A stretch of 64,000 nucleotides of DNA from Macrostomum lignano (taxonomy: Eukaryota). The stretch is taken from assembly GCA_002269645.1 (NCBI GenBank), contig NIVC01002471.1, positions 107,271-171,270 of the forward strand, given 5' to 3'. The first letter of the stretch is position 1, and each line of letters opens with the position of its first letter. The notes under the pieces are model-generated. The model made no database searches and had not been told where the DNA came from. It saw nothing but the letters and a program-made list of their open reading frames with translations. Both the position numbers and the translations under genes were made by a program. Below, in pieces: positions 1 to 37,214 of the stretch.

Positions 1-368
1 GGCCTAGGCTAGGGTTAAGCCTACTATACCTACTTATTAATGTCTATGACTATAGTTTATAGGCATATGGCTATGCAATATTGGCATTGTGTATGGGACA
101 ATCCTTCAGTTTACTATCACCCTAACTAGTGACAATCACCTTAGGCCTAAACAGTGACAATCACCACAAAAAAACAGTCATAAGACATCAAATTCAATAG
201 GCCCCTAGTGGTTTTTCAATCCAATAAAATCAAATCAAATGCTGGCAAACTGCCTTTAATTATCTAAATTTCAAAAGATGGTAAGATTTTTTTAGCACCT
301 TATAGTATTTTACCTTTGGTTTACAATGTCACCCATTGAAATGATTGTGAACCAAAGCTGGCAGTAGG

Positions 369-729
369 TAGAGGTCGGATGGGATTGAAATCTTCGGGCG
401 GGATCGGGATCGGGAATAATTTTTTTCTCGGGATCGGGATCAGGTCTTTTAGTGTATTGTCCATGTAAAGTTAAACAAAATTGAGAAAAGATTGTCAAGA
501 TCAAGAAGTAAAACACAATGAAATTGATATGAAGTTTTGTAACCAACAAAGTAAATAATGTAACGAGTACAAGTTAAAGCAAAATACCTTCAAGTAATCA
601 TTAATTCTATAAATTATTAATTGAAAGACCTGTTCCCAAATCTCGAGTTTTTTAGGGTTGGGATTCTAGTCCCGCGGGAATTCAATTTTCCTCGGGATCC
701 TGAGATTTCGGGATCCCGTCCGACCTCTA
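369..729. mobile_element. hAT-type MITE (361 bp)
   Basis: 17-bp terminal inverted repeats TAGAGGTCGGA(T/C)GGGAT with 1 mismatch; perfect 8-bp target-site duplication GCAGTAGG at 361-368 and 730-737; no ORF. Confidence 0.85.
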
Positions 730-3525
730 GCAGTAGGAAAGCTTGTCAACTAGTTTAAACTGTCAAGTGGCAACTTTAAGCTATGAGGCCTATATTTCAC
801 CTTTAGTTTACAATCACCCAAATGCTTGCCTATTGAAATTATTATGAACTGAAGCTGGAAATAGGAAAAGCCTGTCAACTAGACCTAATTTAAATTATCA
901 AGTCACAACTTTTAGCTAGAGGCCTATATTTTGCCTTTAGTTTACAATCACTAGGTATAGGCCTATAGTAGCAAATGGTCCTCCATTATTGTAGATAATG
1001 TCTAAGTCTTTTACCTAGCATGGATTGTCCAGTTGGCCCTCAATAGTGCAAGTGTGATTTAGCACATTGGCCCAAAAAAGGGGGGTATCTGGCACAGTTT
1101 AGACCTTAGGCTTAGTTGCAATCATACATGCGCAACCCCCCTGATTTACACTGGCCATGCGACTTACTTTTTAACAAAAAATGCGACTTACCTGCAAAAG
1201 AAACCTTAATGCAATTTTAGGTAAACGGCAGGAGTAACTATGACTGTCTTATTAGGCTAAATGCCTCGTCATCTAATTAGTACTCCGTCTGTATTCTTTA
1301 GGCTAGGCAGTTTTGCGACTTACCCCTGTTCCACCACAATTTACGGTGGCCAGATCGGCCAGGTCGGCTAGCAGTTGTGCATGTATGGTTGCAATAGGGT
1401 ATACTGATATAATATCTGCTATGTTATACTATATTATCATATTTTCAATGCCAGTTTTAGTTTGGTTGCCACTTTTGTCTATAAAAATATACAAGAAAGG
1501 GCAATCAAAGAGTTCTTAGACTTGGGTTCATAAAACTAGAAAGATAAGTCTACTTTATTTGAATTTTTGAGTTTTCATTTTTGAACTTTTTAGTTTTTTA
1601 AGGTAATCTCTATTAGTATTAATATAGCAATCCCAGAACTTTGGCAACTTCTTGATCCTAGTGACAAATCACTCTTTGGGTTGACATATAAACCACTTCT
1701 CAAAGTCATGCCTGAGCTTTTTTTCATTGCTATAATGCCAACCATAGAAGGTAGGACTAATATGTCCTTTCTTTAAATAATAAAATCTTGGGCTTAGTAT
1801 ATTGTTTATTGTTTAATATATAAATATATTTGTAATTTAGTATCTAAATTGTGAATAGATATATAATAGGCCTATTTGTAACCTCCAAGGGTTCCAAGTC
1901 ACAGAGACAAAGTCTAATTTTACGATAAATTATGCTACAAGTATATTTATGTTCCCTTTCTTGAGTGAGGCTTGTTTCCTCTGCTCAGCTTTGCCAAGCC
2001 CTACTTAACTTGGTCTGCAAGAATGCTTTAAGCCATAGATAACTACAGGGAGGGGGACAAATTAAACAATTACAGTTGGAAAAATATATCACTATTTCAT
2101 ACAAACTAATGTTCAAACTTAATGTACAAACATTTTTTGTACAAAAGCCTATATTGATTAATCTCTAAAGTTCATTTGCAAAATTCATAATATATGAATT
2201 TGTTATCATAGTGATGGTCTGATCCTTATTTAAAAGTATTATTTTATTTATCTAATATATAAAGCATATAAAAGGCACTGCATAGTTCCTATGACATAGC
2301 AAGTTTTGCTCTGATTGACTTTTCTTTCAAGATATAAATAAATAACTAAATCATATATTTCTATTAGAAACACAAATGTTCCCACTATTATCAAGTATTC
2401 AAATGTACTTTTAGGAATTTCCTATTGATATCCTTTAAAATAGCTCAAAATGTCCTACTATAATCTCAGCATTATCTTATAATTCGCTAATTGTCTGTGT
2501 TAATAAGAAAAGCATCAATTTAAAATAACTTTTAGAAACTATATTATATTTCTACTAATAATTTGAGTATATTTTATATTGAACTATTTATGTTAATGTT
2601 TCTTTAAATCTAAAAAAGCCATAGATGCCCCATCAACTGCACAAGCATCCAGAAAAACTTTGATCCTAGGTGCACAACTGTATAGGATTACAAGAATATG
2701 TAACATGTTCAAAATATGCAGGCACACTAATTGATTTCCTTCAAATTACTTATAGATGCAGGACACCATTTGCAGAGACTGAAGTGATACATTTTGGCCC
2801 TAAAAGTTCCCATCCAGATTGAATGTATATTTCAACCAATAAATGTGCTCCAACAAGCAGAAGCTGAGGACACAACCTCAACTAGTGAAAAGTAGTTGTG
2901 TACCACCCAATGCGATCAAGACTGAAAAGTACTATAAAAACCCATGTCAACCAAGCAAGAAGCTCGCCTTCTTTCGCCCCTCTCTTTTGCCTCCCTCTTT
3001 TGCGCCCTCCTTTTGCCAGTCTCGTTCTTGCTTCTGTTAGCTATCTAGGAATTATGAGTGTACTTTTGATTGAAACAGTTAGGTCTCAACCCAAATACCA
3101 AAACCGATAAATTGGCTCATTGAAACCAAACTACCAAACAACCCCTACTCCACAATAGACTGAACCTTTGGTTCACCCAAACAACCAGAACCCAATGTAA
3201 CTTGAACCGAATGAGCTTCTTATTTGGAATTCCATCTTAGACATTATATTCGTAAGATAACAGCTTGAGTTTGTGACCATCAACTACAACGGTCTGTAAG
3301 TAACCATCGAGTGTTTGCATCATCAGGAAAAGTCTGTTGAATCCGCCGCCTCAGTTATTTGGCTCTCACATTGATACTTTGAGTAGACATAGAGCCATAG
3401 GAGTGAGAGACCAGACGAACAACAGCATATTTAAAAATTTCAAGACCCCCATTGGCTCTAATAGAGTCAATCCAGCGATACTAAATTAAATTGCTAAAAC
3501 GCAACTGAAAAATATTGCAGCCACT

Positions 3526-6500
3526 ATGCTGAAGCAAATATGTCTCCTCATTCTGAGCCTGTCAGTCGGCGGTGCCTCAGTTGTCCAGCTAAATGACGCC
3601 AATGTTAAGAGCGTGCTTGGTGAGTATTTTTGCATTAGTAAGTTTGCGCTTAAATTTTTCATCATCTGCCAAGTGTAACTATAAACTAATTCCAGCTGCT
3701 TCAAAGTTCAGCTTTGTGAACTTCTACGCTGATTGGTGTCACTTTAGCCAGGCTTTGTCGCCAATCATCGAGGAGGTTGGCAAGAAACTGAAGCAGGAGT
3801 TTCCTGATGACAGTCAGCTTATTGTTGGGAAGGTTGACTGCGACCGCGAGGTCAATTTGGCGCAGTCTTTTAAAGTCAACAAGTACCCAACCATGAAAGT
3901 GTTCAGGTGTGCTGTCTTCTCGTATATGAATTTTGTTCACTCAGAATGGTGATTTAGGCAGTAATAAATGAGTACTAATGTGATCTCCATGACCTGTCTT
4001 GCTCTGTCAGATTCGGTCAGATGCAAAAGAGGGAGTACCGAGGCCAGCGCTCAGTGGAGGCGATCAGCGAGTTCATTAAGACGCAGCTTGCTGACACTGT
4101 GATTCGTGTAAGTTGATCAACACAACCTTGCATTGTTCTGTCTGTCCCCTGGGCTTGTTTCGGCCCATGTGTTATACTCCAGATGTCCGCCATAATCATA
4201 AAATGAATTTTCGCAATGTCATTTAATGGAATAAAATGAAATTTCTAACTTGTTCATTTCTTGTTGGTGTTTCTAGAACGTGAGATTTTCTATTTTTTTC
4301 GCCAATTAGTCGCCGGGGGGGGCTTTGGGAAGTTACGGATACGGAGGTTTTCAGATAGAGCATATGGATATTAGTTATGGGAAGACATGTCTCCCCTAAT
4401 ATCTAGTTCAAGTATCTAGTAATGCTGGCTACTGGGTAACTGTGATATAGAATACTTAAAAAACCGTTAGAGCACTTGATTTCATGGGGGTGGGGTAGAG
4501 AAGTAGAAATTATTGAATGCTGCTAGTTTAAAAGCTTTCGTGATGAGAACTCTTAAAATCTTGGGGTCGGGGACTCAAGCCACGTGCATGTTGTGCTGTG
4601 GGGATGGTGGGGGCTAAAGTTAAGATTAACAACAAGATTAACAACATTATACGATTATCAACACTCAAATTGGCTTAAAGCAAGCTGAGTATAGAGGGGC
4701 ACTGATAAAATCCATTTCAGGTGGAACTCTAGTGGTAAATCAGAGTAATAAATCAATGCTTGGCGCTGGCTTGCTGCATTCCAGATTGAAAAATCTGAAT
4801 CCGAACCGACTGACGCAGTACCAATCCCGCTAGAGAAGGACCAGGGCGGCATTGTTGGCTTCTTCACTTCGAACAATTCGACAGGATTTGTAGAATTCTC
4901 GCGAGTTGCTTCCATGCTGCGCGACGACTGCAAGTTTATCAGCGTTGTTGGGTAGGTGAAGCCTGCGGTTTCTGTGTGCCCCATCAGACTGTACTCGCTG
5001 TAGTAGTTCTGGCTTGTGTATATGTATTGTTTTACCAATTGAAAATTACTCTCATCTCTTTACAGAATAAAGGGCGAGCCTGAGAAAATAGTCTTCCAAA
5101 AGGGGGTAAGTTATCACTGTTAATGTCATGCAGGCAGCACAAGAATTCTGCGAAACAAGCAATTCCGTGTGCTAGTTTCAAGATATGGAATGAATTATTG
5201 ATTTTTTTCGAATCCGAAATACCGAGTATTCGGATCCATCATTTTCCGAATGCCGAATATTCAGTTCCATTATTTTCCGAATGCCGAATATTCAGTTCCA
5301 TTTTTTTCCGAATGCCGAATATTCAGTTCCATTATTTTCCGAATGCCGAATATTCAGTTCCATTATTTTCCGAATGCCAAATGTTCAGTTCCATTATTTT
5401 ACGAATCCGAAATACCGAATATTTGGATCCATCATTTTCCAAATACGAATATTCGGATCCATGTTTTCCGAATACCGAATTTTCGGATGCATAGTCTTCC
5501 GAATACCATATAATTAGATCCATAAGTTTTCTGAATACCGAATTTTGGGAATCATTATTTAACAAAATACCGAATATTCAGATCCATGAGTATCCAAATA
5601 CAGAATATTTAAATTCATAAATTTCTGAATACCGAATATTTGGATTCATTACAAGCAATGCATACGAAATGACCAATTTTTCGAATACCGAATATTCGTC
5701 CCATCTCTATTAACTAATTCGTACATCTTTCTCCTACGCGCACAGCTGCTCACCAATAGCGCACCGCCCCCCCCCCGCAGCCGGATGTGGGAAGCCGAAT
5801 AAGTCTGCCAAAGCCTGGCGAAGACTCGCTCAAGGAATTCGTCATGTCCCAATGCGTGCCGCTGGTGCGCGAGATCACATTCCAGAATGCGGAGGAGCTC
5901 ACCGAGGAGGGCCTGCCCTTCTTTATCCTGTTCTATCCAAATGACGATTCGGCTATTGTGGACTCCTTTAAGTCGGTAGTTGAGCGGCACCTGAGCCACC
6001 ACAGGCGTATGTGTCGATTCTTGCTGAAAAGTTGAAAATAGCAGTTATTCTCGATTTATACTACTTATGTACTAAGTAGCTGAAAATCCTCTGCTGAGAT
6101 TATTTCCACCGGCTCAGAGCTTGTGAATTTTATTCCATAAGTAGTGTATACTGTACCAGTGTATACATCAAGCTTATATTTTCTGCTTGTCCACCGCAAA
6201 TTTCAGGCAGCGTGAATTTCCTCACTGGCCAAGGCGCTGTGTTCTCGCATCCGCTGCACCATCTGGGCAAAACTGTCAGCGACTTGCCTGTTGTAGCCAT
6301 AGACAGCTTCAAGCACATGTACGTGTTCCCGCACGATGTCCGCGACAGCTTGCAGAGCCATCCCGAGCGGTTCTCGGACTTTGTGGCCGACCTGCAGAGC
6401 GGCAAGCTGCATAGGGAGTTCCACCACGGCCCGGATCCAACCACAGCGGCCAGTCCGCAGCACGTTGAAGTGCCCCCAGTGAGCCTTTGGTATTTGACTA

Positions 6501-7018
6501 GTTAGTCCTGTTCACTAGCAGCTGGTCACTGAGGAATTGTGAATAACCTGAATTCCCTAGATGCGCAGTCCCGTTCACTAGCAGCTGGTCACTGAGGAAT
6601 TGTGAACAACCTGAATTCCCTAGATGTGCAGTCCTGTTCACTAGCAGCTGGTCACTGAGGAATTGTGAACAACCTGAATTCCCTAGATGTGCAGTCCTGT
6701 TCACTAGCAGCTGGTCACAGGAATTGTGAACAACCTGAATTCCCTAGATGTGCAGTCCTGTTCACTAGCAGCTGGTCACTGAGGAATTGTGAACAACCTG
6801 AATTCCCTAGATGCGCAGTCCTGGTCACGGAGGAATTGTGAACAACCCGAATTCCCCTCCCCCGCCAACAGGAGCAGCCGGGTGAGAAGGACCACGCTCC
6901 CCGCACCGACCAGGCCAAGCAGCAGCCGCCTTCACATGCGACCAGCCCTCCGAAGAGCGTCTTTAAAAACCTGTCACCAAGCCGCAATCGGTACACCATT
7001 CTGCGCGACGAGTTATAA
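3526..7018 (+). CDS. ERP44: Endoplasmic reticulum resident protein 44 (thioredoxin/PDI family), 417 aa
   Basis: Exons 3526-3619, 3696-3906, 4011-4107, 4785-4951, 5066-5105, 5781-6006, 6207-6478, 6872-7018; all GT-AG, phases consistent, 1254 nt. Signal peptide MLKQICLLILSLSVGGA; FYADWCHFS (CxxS); REYRGQRSV; CVPLVREITFQNAEELTEEGLPF; VAIDSFKHMY; SGKLHREFHHGPDP; ends RYTILRDEL. Probable 5'-UTR intron 3296-3520. Confidence 0.96.
5178..5709. mobile_element. Degenerate hAT-like MITE with internal 31-bp tandem repeats, in ERp44 intron 5
   Basis: Right end reads TAGAGATGGGACGAATATTCG on the minus strand; the left end is a decayed match (about 12 of 16 nt); internal unit TTCCGAATGCCGAATATTCAGTTCCATTATT. 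No TSD recovered. Confidence 0.5.
6505..6858. repeat. 63-bp minisatellite (about 5.5 copies) filling most of ERp44 intron 7
   Basis: Unit GTCCTGTTCACTAGCAGCTGGTCACTGAGGAATTGTGAACAACCTGAATTCCCTAGATGTGCA; copies start at 6505, 6568, and so on. Confidence 0.95.
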
Positions 7019-7400
7019 GCATTTTTTTCTAAACAAGCAGTGTCGCCGCCTGTTGGAAAGGACTGCATATTGGGACAGCTAGCTGGAAGTTTCTTGGTTC
7101 TACTGCGAGTCCGGTTTTTTCACCCTGGTCTCCTTTGTTTTGATCCATTCTCGCCACTGCGTGTTGCGGAGCGTTGTCAAATAATACTTTTGAACTATCT
7201 CTAGAATAGTAAATTATTAATATTTAGTCAGAAATCCACTATTAAGGTCCCATCCATTCGAATGCTCTCTCGTGCTTATTGTGTACAATTAGCTTGGCTG
7301 CTTTTTGTACTGTTTTCATTCGATTCCGGTAAACTGTTGCCTCCTTTTCTGCGTTGCCTCGTGTGCTTCTGAGATTTTTGTATGTTTCCTTTAGAAAGCT

Positions 7401-7790
7401 AGGTCTTGGTTTCCATCAGTAGGAAGAAGGTCTTGGTTTCCATCAGTAGGAAGAATGTCTCGGTTTCCATCAGTAGGAAGAAGGTCTTGGTTTCCATCAG
7501 TAGGAAGAAGGTCTTGGTTTCCATCAGTAGGAAGAAGGTCTTTGTTTCCATCAGTAGGAAGAAGGTCTTGGTTTCCATCAGTAGGAAGAAGGTCTTGGTT
7601 TCCATCAGTAGGAAGAAGGTCTTGGTTTCCATCAGTAGGAAGAAGGTCTTGGTTTCCATCAGTAGGAAGAAGGTCTTGGTTTCCATCAGTAGGAAGAAGG
7701 TCTTGGTTTCCATCAGTAGGAAGAAGGTCTTGGTTTCCACTAGAAAGCTAAGTCTTTGTTTCCACTAGGAAGCTAAGTCTTGGTTTCCTT
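7401..7790. repeat. 27-bp minisatellite (about 14 copies) downstream of the ERp44 stop
   Basis: Unit AGGTCTTGGTTTCCATCAGTAGGAAGA; explains the spurious METKTFFLL and VSISRKKVL ORFs. Confidence 0.95.
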
Positions 7791-9495
7791 AGAACGATAA
7801 GGTCAGAAACGGATGCTATCTAGGTATTCTCTGCTAATGTCTAAGTGTTCTCGCAAGTAAAATTACAGCCATGTTCTTTTCATTTCTTTGTTCGTGCCCG
7901 GCTGTTTAACATTGTCTTGTGTGCCCGCTTCCAAGCCATGGCTTGTGCTTGGCTAAGAGCTGGGCTTTATTCATTTATATACTGTTTCTAATAGTTTTTG
8001 TTTCAAATTTAAACATCCTAATGTAGGAGTTTTCATGACTTAAATACCCAGAGTTGTATCGGATGTTAATGTACTCTTCATTCTCCTCTAATAGAAAAAA
8101 TGCCTTTGTGCATTGGTATCCAAAATCAAATTTTGGGTTCTTTAATTTTTGCCAATCGAAGACCTTACAAGCTATTTAGTAGAAATTAGAGCACGGATAT
8201 CGTAACATATTGCTTAACTGTTCTGGTTAGTTGGTATCAGCAACTTATAAAGGTTTCAACTCTGCTGAAGCCCCAATTTCCCAGCCAGATTATAGCGCTT
8301 GTATTTCTTTTAACTGTTTTCGTTTCCTCATGGTAAATGCGTTTTAAATTTCAGAAAATACACTTAAGTTGTTTTGCTTTGCGAAAATGGTTTTTGATGC
8401 CACAAATTTGACCAATTTTGAAATTGATTTGCTTGCTAACTTTTTTTTCTAGCGCCGATGACGAATGGAAGTTATTGATTGCAGGCAGGCACATTGGAAT
8501 GCTCTAACAAGGACCAACAAAATCTTCTAAATCTGGCCATTTCCATTCCTTCCGAGCGTAACATTTCGGCTGCGGCAGCAAAATGAGCGTCATACTGATC
8601 GGGTGCTGCACATTGTGCATGAGCCCCAAATTAATGTGACCTGAGTCTACATGAGCTTCTATGCTTTATCCTTTTTCATACTGGTATTGGCCATCGAGTT
8701 TTTATGCCTAAGCCCAACCTTGCGTCCTTCCAACTGGCTCCATCGCCTTGGAAAAATGCTACCAAACTCGACTCTAACTCTAGCAACTTCCATCTGTTTG
8801 GTTGATTAGTTTGTGTAATAAATCACTACCTGACTACTCATTACTGAAACAGCCAAGGAGCTCAGCTAGAGTGCTGTTATGAAGTTATTTCAGCAGCTTC
8901 TAGTCTACATGCTGAAAAAGACCGTTAAAGAAGTCGTCAAGTGGAAGTCTTGACTCTGGACTATTGCACTACAGACATTGCCCAGATAGGCTTCATTCTG
9001 TTTTTCCCTGTCCGAGTGCTCTCTTAGGTGTGTCGGGTTAAAAATGCAGCATCTTTCGTTGAGTTTGCATGGCCCGTAGGTAAACAGCAAGCTTACAGTA
9101 GGGCAGGGCGTCAACAGCTTCGCTTGACAGGCGCGCGATTGAACGAAAAGCAGAGCAAAAAGAGAGGAGTGACTTCAATTACTGCTGAGTACCTGTACTG
9201 AGATGGAAAAAGAAATGATTGCTTTGCTCAAATATCCTTCATGCAAAACAGAGTGGCTACACGGGCTGCAAGATCTCATGTTGTTGCCAGATGTTGCTCT
9301 CCCAGAGTCTCATTGCTTAGCGCTGAGTTAGTTGTGTACGCTTTCATTATTCATGCAGTTTGTTTGCCACTGTCATGGCAACCGCAGTGAGTTTCGCTAA
9401 GATTTAAAGCAGCGTCGCTTGATCGGAAACATTCGAGGTAGGTGGGAAAGCAGTTCAAAGGTTTTCGACAAAAGAAGTCGTTGAAATCAGGCGCG

Positions 9496-11696
9496 ATGAA
9501 TTCAAGCAGCAATGCCACTAAAAGTCCTTCTGCTGGATCGCTTAGCCTCGAGTTCATCCGCGAGCTTCACGTCATCGCATTCAGCTGCTGCCTGTGCTCA
9601 GTGGTGGCGTCCTGCTCTGTCATTGTGCTGTCATTCGTCATGAAGGGCTACAGGGTACCGCTGAGGAAGAAGCCAATGATGGACAGGCTCGTGGTGAGCT
9701 TTCCAGCTTTTCTTTTTTTGTTTTTGAAGCTTAGATAAAACAGAAAGTCACGCCTTCGAAATGAACTGGAATTTCAGGTCTACCTCGCAATCGGCGACAT
9801 TTTCTTCACCGCGTCGCACGGCATCGACCACATTATCCTCTACGCTAACAATGAGACAACTAACTTCTTCGTCTGCAAGATTTGCGCCTTCTTCTTTCAC
9901 TGGGGACTCGACGCAAGCTGCATGATAGCCAGCTTCGTGGCCGTGTCCGCCTTCATCGGTGTCGTCCTGGGAAAAAAGGTACTCCGTGAAGCAGTACGCT
10001 GTTGTCCAGGGTTGTGAGCGTAGCGGGGCCATACCCACCTCAGCTGGGGTCAGTTTTTTGTTGTCTTTTTCAACGTTTTTTGAACCCTTGATACAGATAT
10101 TGAAGAGACTTATATAGTATTGTCATAGGTTTCCCCCATGCTGGACCTGCGCCTGGCTACTCTTTTACTGGGGTCTACGGCACTGGACTGCCTGCCAGCC
10201 ATTTGATTGCCAACAATTTGACTGCGGGGCATCACAACTCCGAAAACAGCTTTCCATCATAAACCCGAAATATCATAATTCCGAAAGTTCTAGCAATGTC
10301 CAACACTATTTTGGTTTTCGGAGTTAGGATATTTCGGATTTGTGATATTTCGGGTTTTTGATGGGCGTTGCTAACACTTATGCAGTTATGATATTTCGAG
10401 TTTATGCTGGGCGTTGCTATTTTGTTTTTCGGAGTTATGATATTTCGGGTTTGTGATATTTCGGGTTTGTGATATTTCGGGTTTGTGATATTTCGGGTTT
10501 GTGATATTTCGGGTTTGTGATATTTCGGGTTTGTGACACTTCGGGCTTATGATGGCGACCCAGTAATGCCTCACACCGGTTGTGTGACAATGTCGCTTAA
10601 AGTTCACCGGGGTGCACACAGCCCCCCTGATTCTAAGTAACCTAGACCATAAACCTAAACCTGAGCTATAGTAGATACTGTACCCTAGCACAGCATGTAC
10701 ATTGGCCCTGAATTTTTTCAATGTTACCCCCGTTTTCAGAGCTACAATTGGATACCAGCGTTTACTTTTGCTGCATGTTGATAGCAAAATGTTAAAAATG
10801 GGGACTGTACGCTCGTACACACGGAATTTCAATTTCAATAGAATGAGACAATTTTTTCTTTTTTTCTATGCTTTTTTTCTATCTACAGGTGCAATGGCCA
10901 TCGTTTGACATCGCTTTGCTATCGGTTTCCTTCCTGATCCCAGGCCTGCTCAGCATTGTTGGCGTCAGCATGGGCTGGTTCGGCTTTGCTGGTCTCTGGT
11001 AAGGTCTGCTGCTTCTAGGGGAAGAGGTTCGGCAAATCCCAGATCTCTATCGGGCCCTCGGGGTCTTTTGAAGCTTCAAAAGAGCCATTCGACCCACTTA
11101 AGGTTTGTGTCTACTCTACTCTCTTCCCATCTCTCATCTCATCTTCTCGCCTCGCGCCTCTCCTTTTTTCTCATCTGTCATCTGTTCTTTCCTCTTCTCT
11201 CTCCTCTATCATTGCTAGTTGGTTTCATTCTGGAGAGAACGCTCGTCAGAGAGGAAAGTCTGCAGGTGCACCCGCATAATCTCGCAGGTGCGGCATCGAT
11301 ATAAATTTGCCAATCTACTCGACCCTAGCGATAGTTTACGAGGCCGTTTTCCCCTGGATCACGGTCACAGTTGGCACCTTCTGCTACTCCGCGATCCCAA
11401 TCAAGCTGTGCGTGTCCGCCCAGCGACTGCGGCGCAGCGGTCTGGCGGAGTCCAGCAGCAACTCCGGCATGAACCGGCTGGCCACGCAGTTCACGGTGTT
11501 CATCCTGATCCTGTACCTGCAATGGCTGTCCCTCTTCGTATTCTTCATCGTGAACTTTAGCAACGGCAAGCTGACGCCCTTCAACTACCAGGCGGCCGTG
11601 TCCTTCACTAACCTCGGCGGGGTTTACAATGCATTTGCCTACACGTTCCTGCGGCTGCGCAACCGCGTCAGTCCGGAAAACTCGTCCACCAAGTGA
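9496..11696 (+). CDS. Seven-transmembrane GPCR, cAMP-receptor-like/GPR157-like class, 305 aa
   Basis: Exons 9496-9693, 9778-9978, 10889-10998, 11288-11696 (918 nt, GT-AG, phases 0/0/2). Short N-terminus with N-glycosylation sequons (NSS, NAT); seven hydrophobic segments; TM2 DRLVVYLAIGD; Cys at the start of TM3 (VCKICAFF) and ECL2 GLWCGID; TM7 TNLGGVYNAFAY. Family assignment comes from motif resemblance only. Confidence 0.82.
10226..10560. mobile_element. Foldback/MITE-like element with a 16-bp tandem repeat, in GPCR intron 2
   Basis: GATATTTCGGGTTTGT tandem copies at about 10437-10535; the left part carries the reverse-complement motif (AACCCGAAATATCA); ends imperfectly inverted; no TSD found. 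Confidence 0.5.
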
Positions 11697-13122
11697 CCGC
11701 CAGTGTGGAGAACTATCGACTCCTGGTTTGCAGGCTTGAAATTAGCAGAGACATTTGATTCTGACTCATGCATCTCAAAATCAGTGAATAACCAATCTTT
11801 AATCCTCAGGGGGGGTTTGAAACGCTCTTGACCGAAAGTTGATCTCTAAAGTAAGGAAATTTACAAAGCTTTGTCACCCCTAGTTTTTGTAGGCCTTATT
11901 AGGACTTTTCAATCTCCCGGATCAAAAACAAAGTGAATACTGAAGCAAAATTTATTACAAATTTATGTCCAACTGCTAGTTGAGACTGAGTGCAGGACTG
12001 CAGAGCAAGATGAACTCACAGCGAGATAAGATTTGACATGTCCCATATTTCACATGCATATACGAGAGTACTTTGAAGTTTTGCTGAATGAAACCGCTCA
12101 CATTTAGTCAGGTATGCACACTATTACATGCCTGTGACCTGCGCGGCTTCTACCATCTGGCAGCATCTTTTCCTTGCGTCCGTTTGTTATGAATAGCTGA
12201 CTCTGGTATTGTATTTGGCAATTTGACAACACCAGCGGCAGGCATTGGCTCTCGATGCTCTTTGTAGACTCGATGCTCTCCACGAACTCCCAGTGGATTG
12301 GAGTGGATGGAAAGTTTTAATTATTCCCCTGTTCACAGATCACCTCTGCTATAACATTAGCTTGCTTTGCACCGAAGCACATCTTCGTAGTTATGTAGCG
12401 AACTTGCCCATTAATAAGCTAACCTTAGTACGATTATTTTGAAGACTTGGTTTTCTCAACTTAGTGCACAATATGTTTGCGAACAATATTTTAATCCCTA
12501 CCAGCTTGGCACTCGTTCATTTTATATCCATCTATTTATTTGCAGCACATATTCACGATGGTACTCGCATACCTGCACGATTTGACGTTGATATTTACAC
12601 AGTGATATTAATTTGATGTTTTAACCAATTGCTGAAGTAAACTGGCTTGAGCACAGATTTTATATCCTCTGAGTATTCAAGCATGTATAAAGTTCAGTGG
12701 AAAATGCTGCCTCTGAGACAGCGCTTCAACCTCGTTTGTTACTCTCAGTATATTCTTGCAAAGAAGTTCACATCTAATTTAATGCGCTTCACACATAGGA
12801 ATATAAACGAGTTTTTACTGGAAAATCAGTCAGTAGAATGAGAATTTTAGAGGAGGAAAGCCAAGAAGAAACCCAGAGTCCGATCAAGAATGTGCGGCTG
12901 TTCTACAAATGGTGGCTTTTGAGAAATCACTGAGGCGGTGAAGCATTTGTCCATCGTTTAGTTTTTGTCATCTTCGCGTAGATGAAACTGAGTAGAAAAA
13001 AAATCATCCTTGGACTCGAAGCTCCTTGGGCACACCAAGAGTTTCTCGTTGTACATGCAGACATCTCTCGTTGAGTCATTCGCAATGAGGAAGGTAGAGA
13101 CGCTACGGAAGGAACTGTAAAA

Positions 13123-36974
<23,852 letters not shown>

Positions 36975-37214
36975 GCCGTCTAGCCGAGAGGGGGGTCGAG
37001 GTCCGTCTGTTAACGAACTGCGCCTCCCCTGGAATGCTCGATGCCTGGGTCTTTCTCGTTGGCTTCCGTTTCAGACTCAGGTGTTCAGAAGCTGCTTCTC
37101 AAAACTACACGATTGAAATGCTGCAGAGACACGGCGGCACTGCGGGAATGCACAAATCGAGCGGATCTACAATAATTGACTGCCGCGAATCGACTGCCAG
37201 CCATTTGACTGCCG

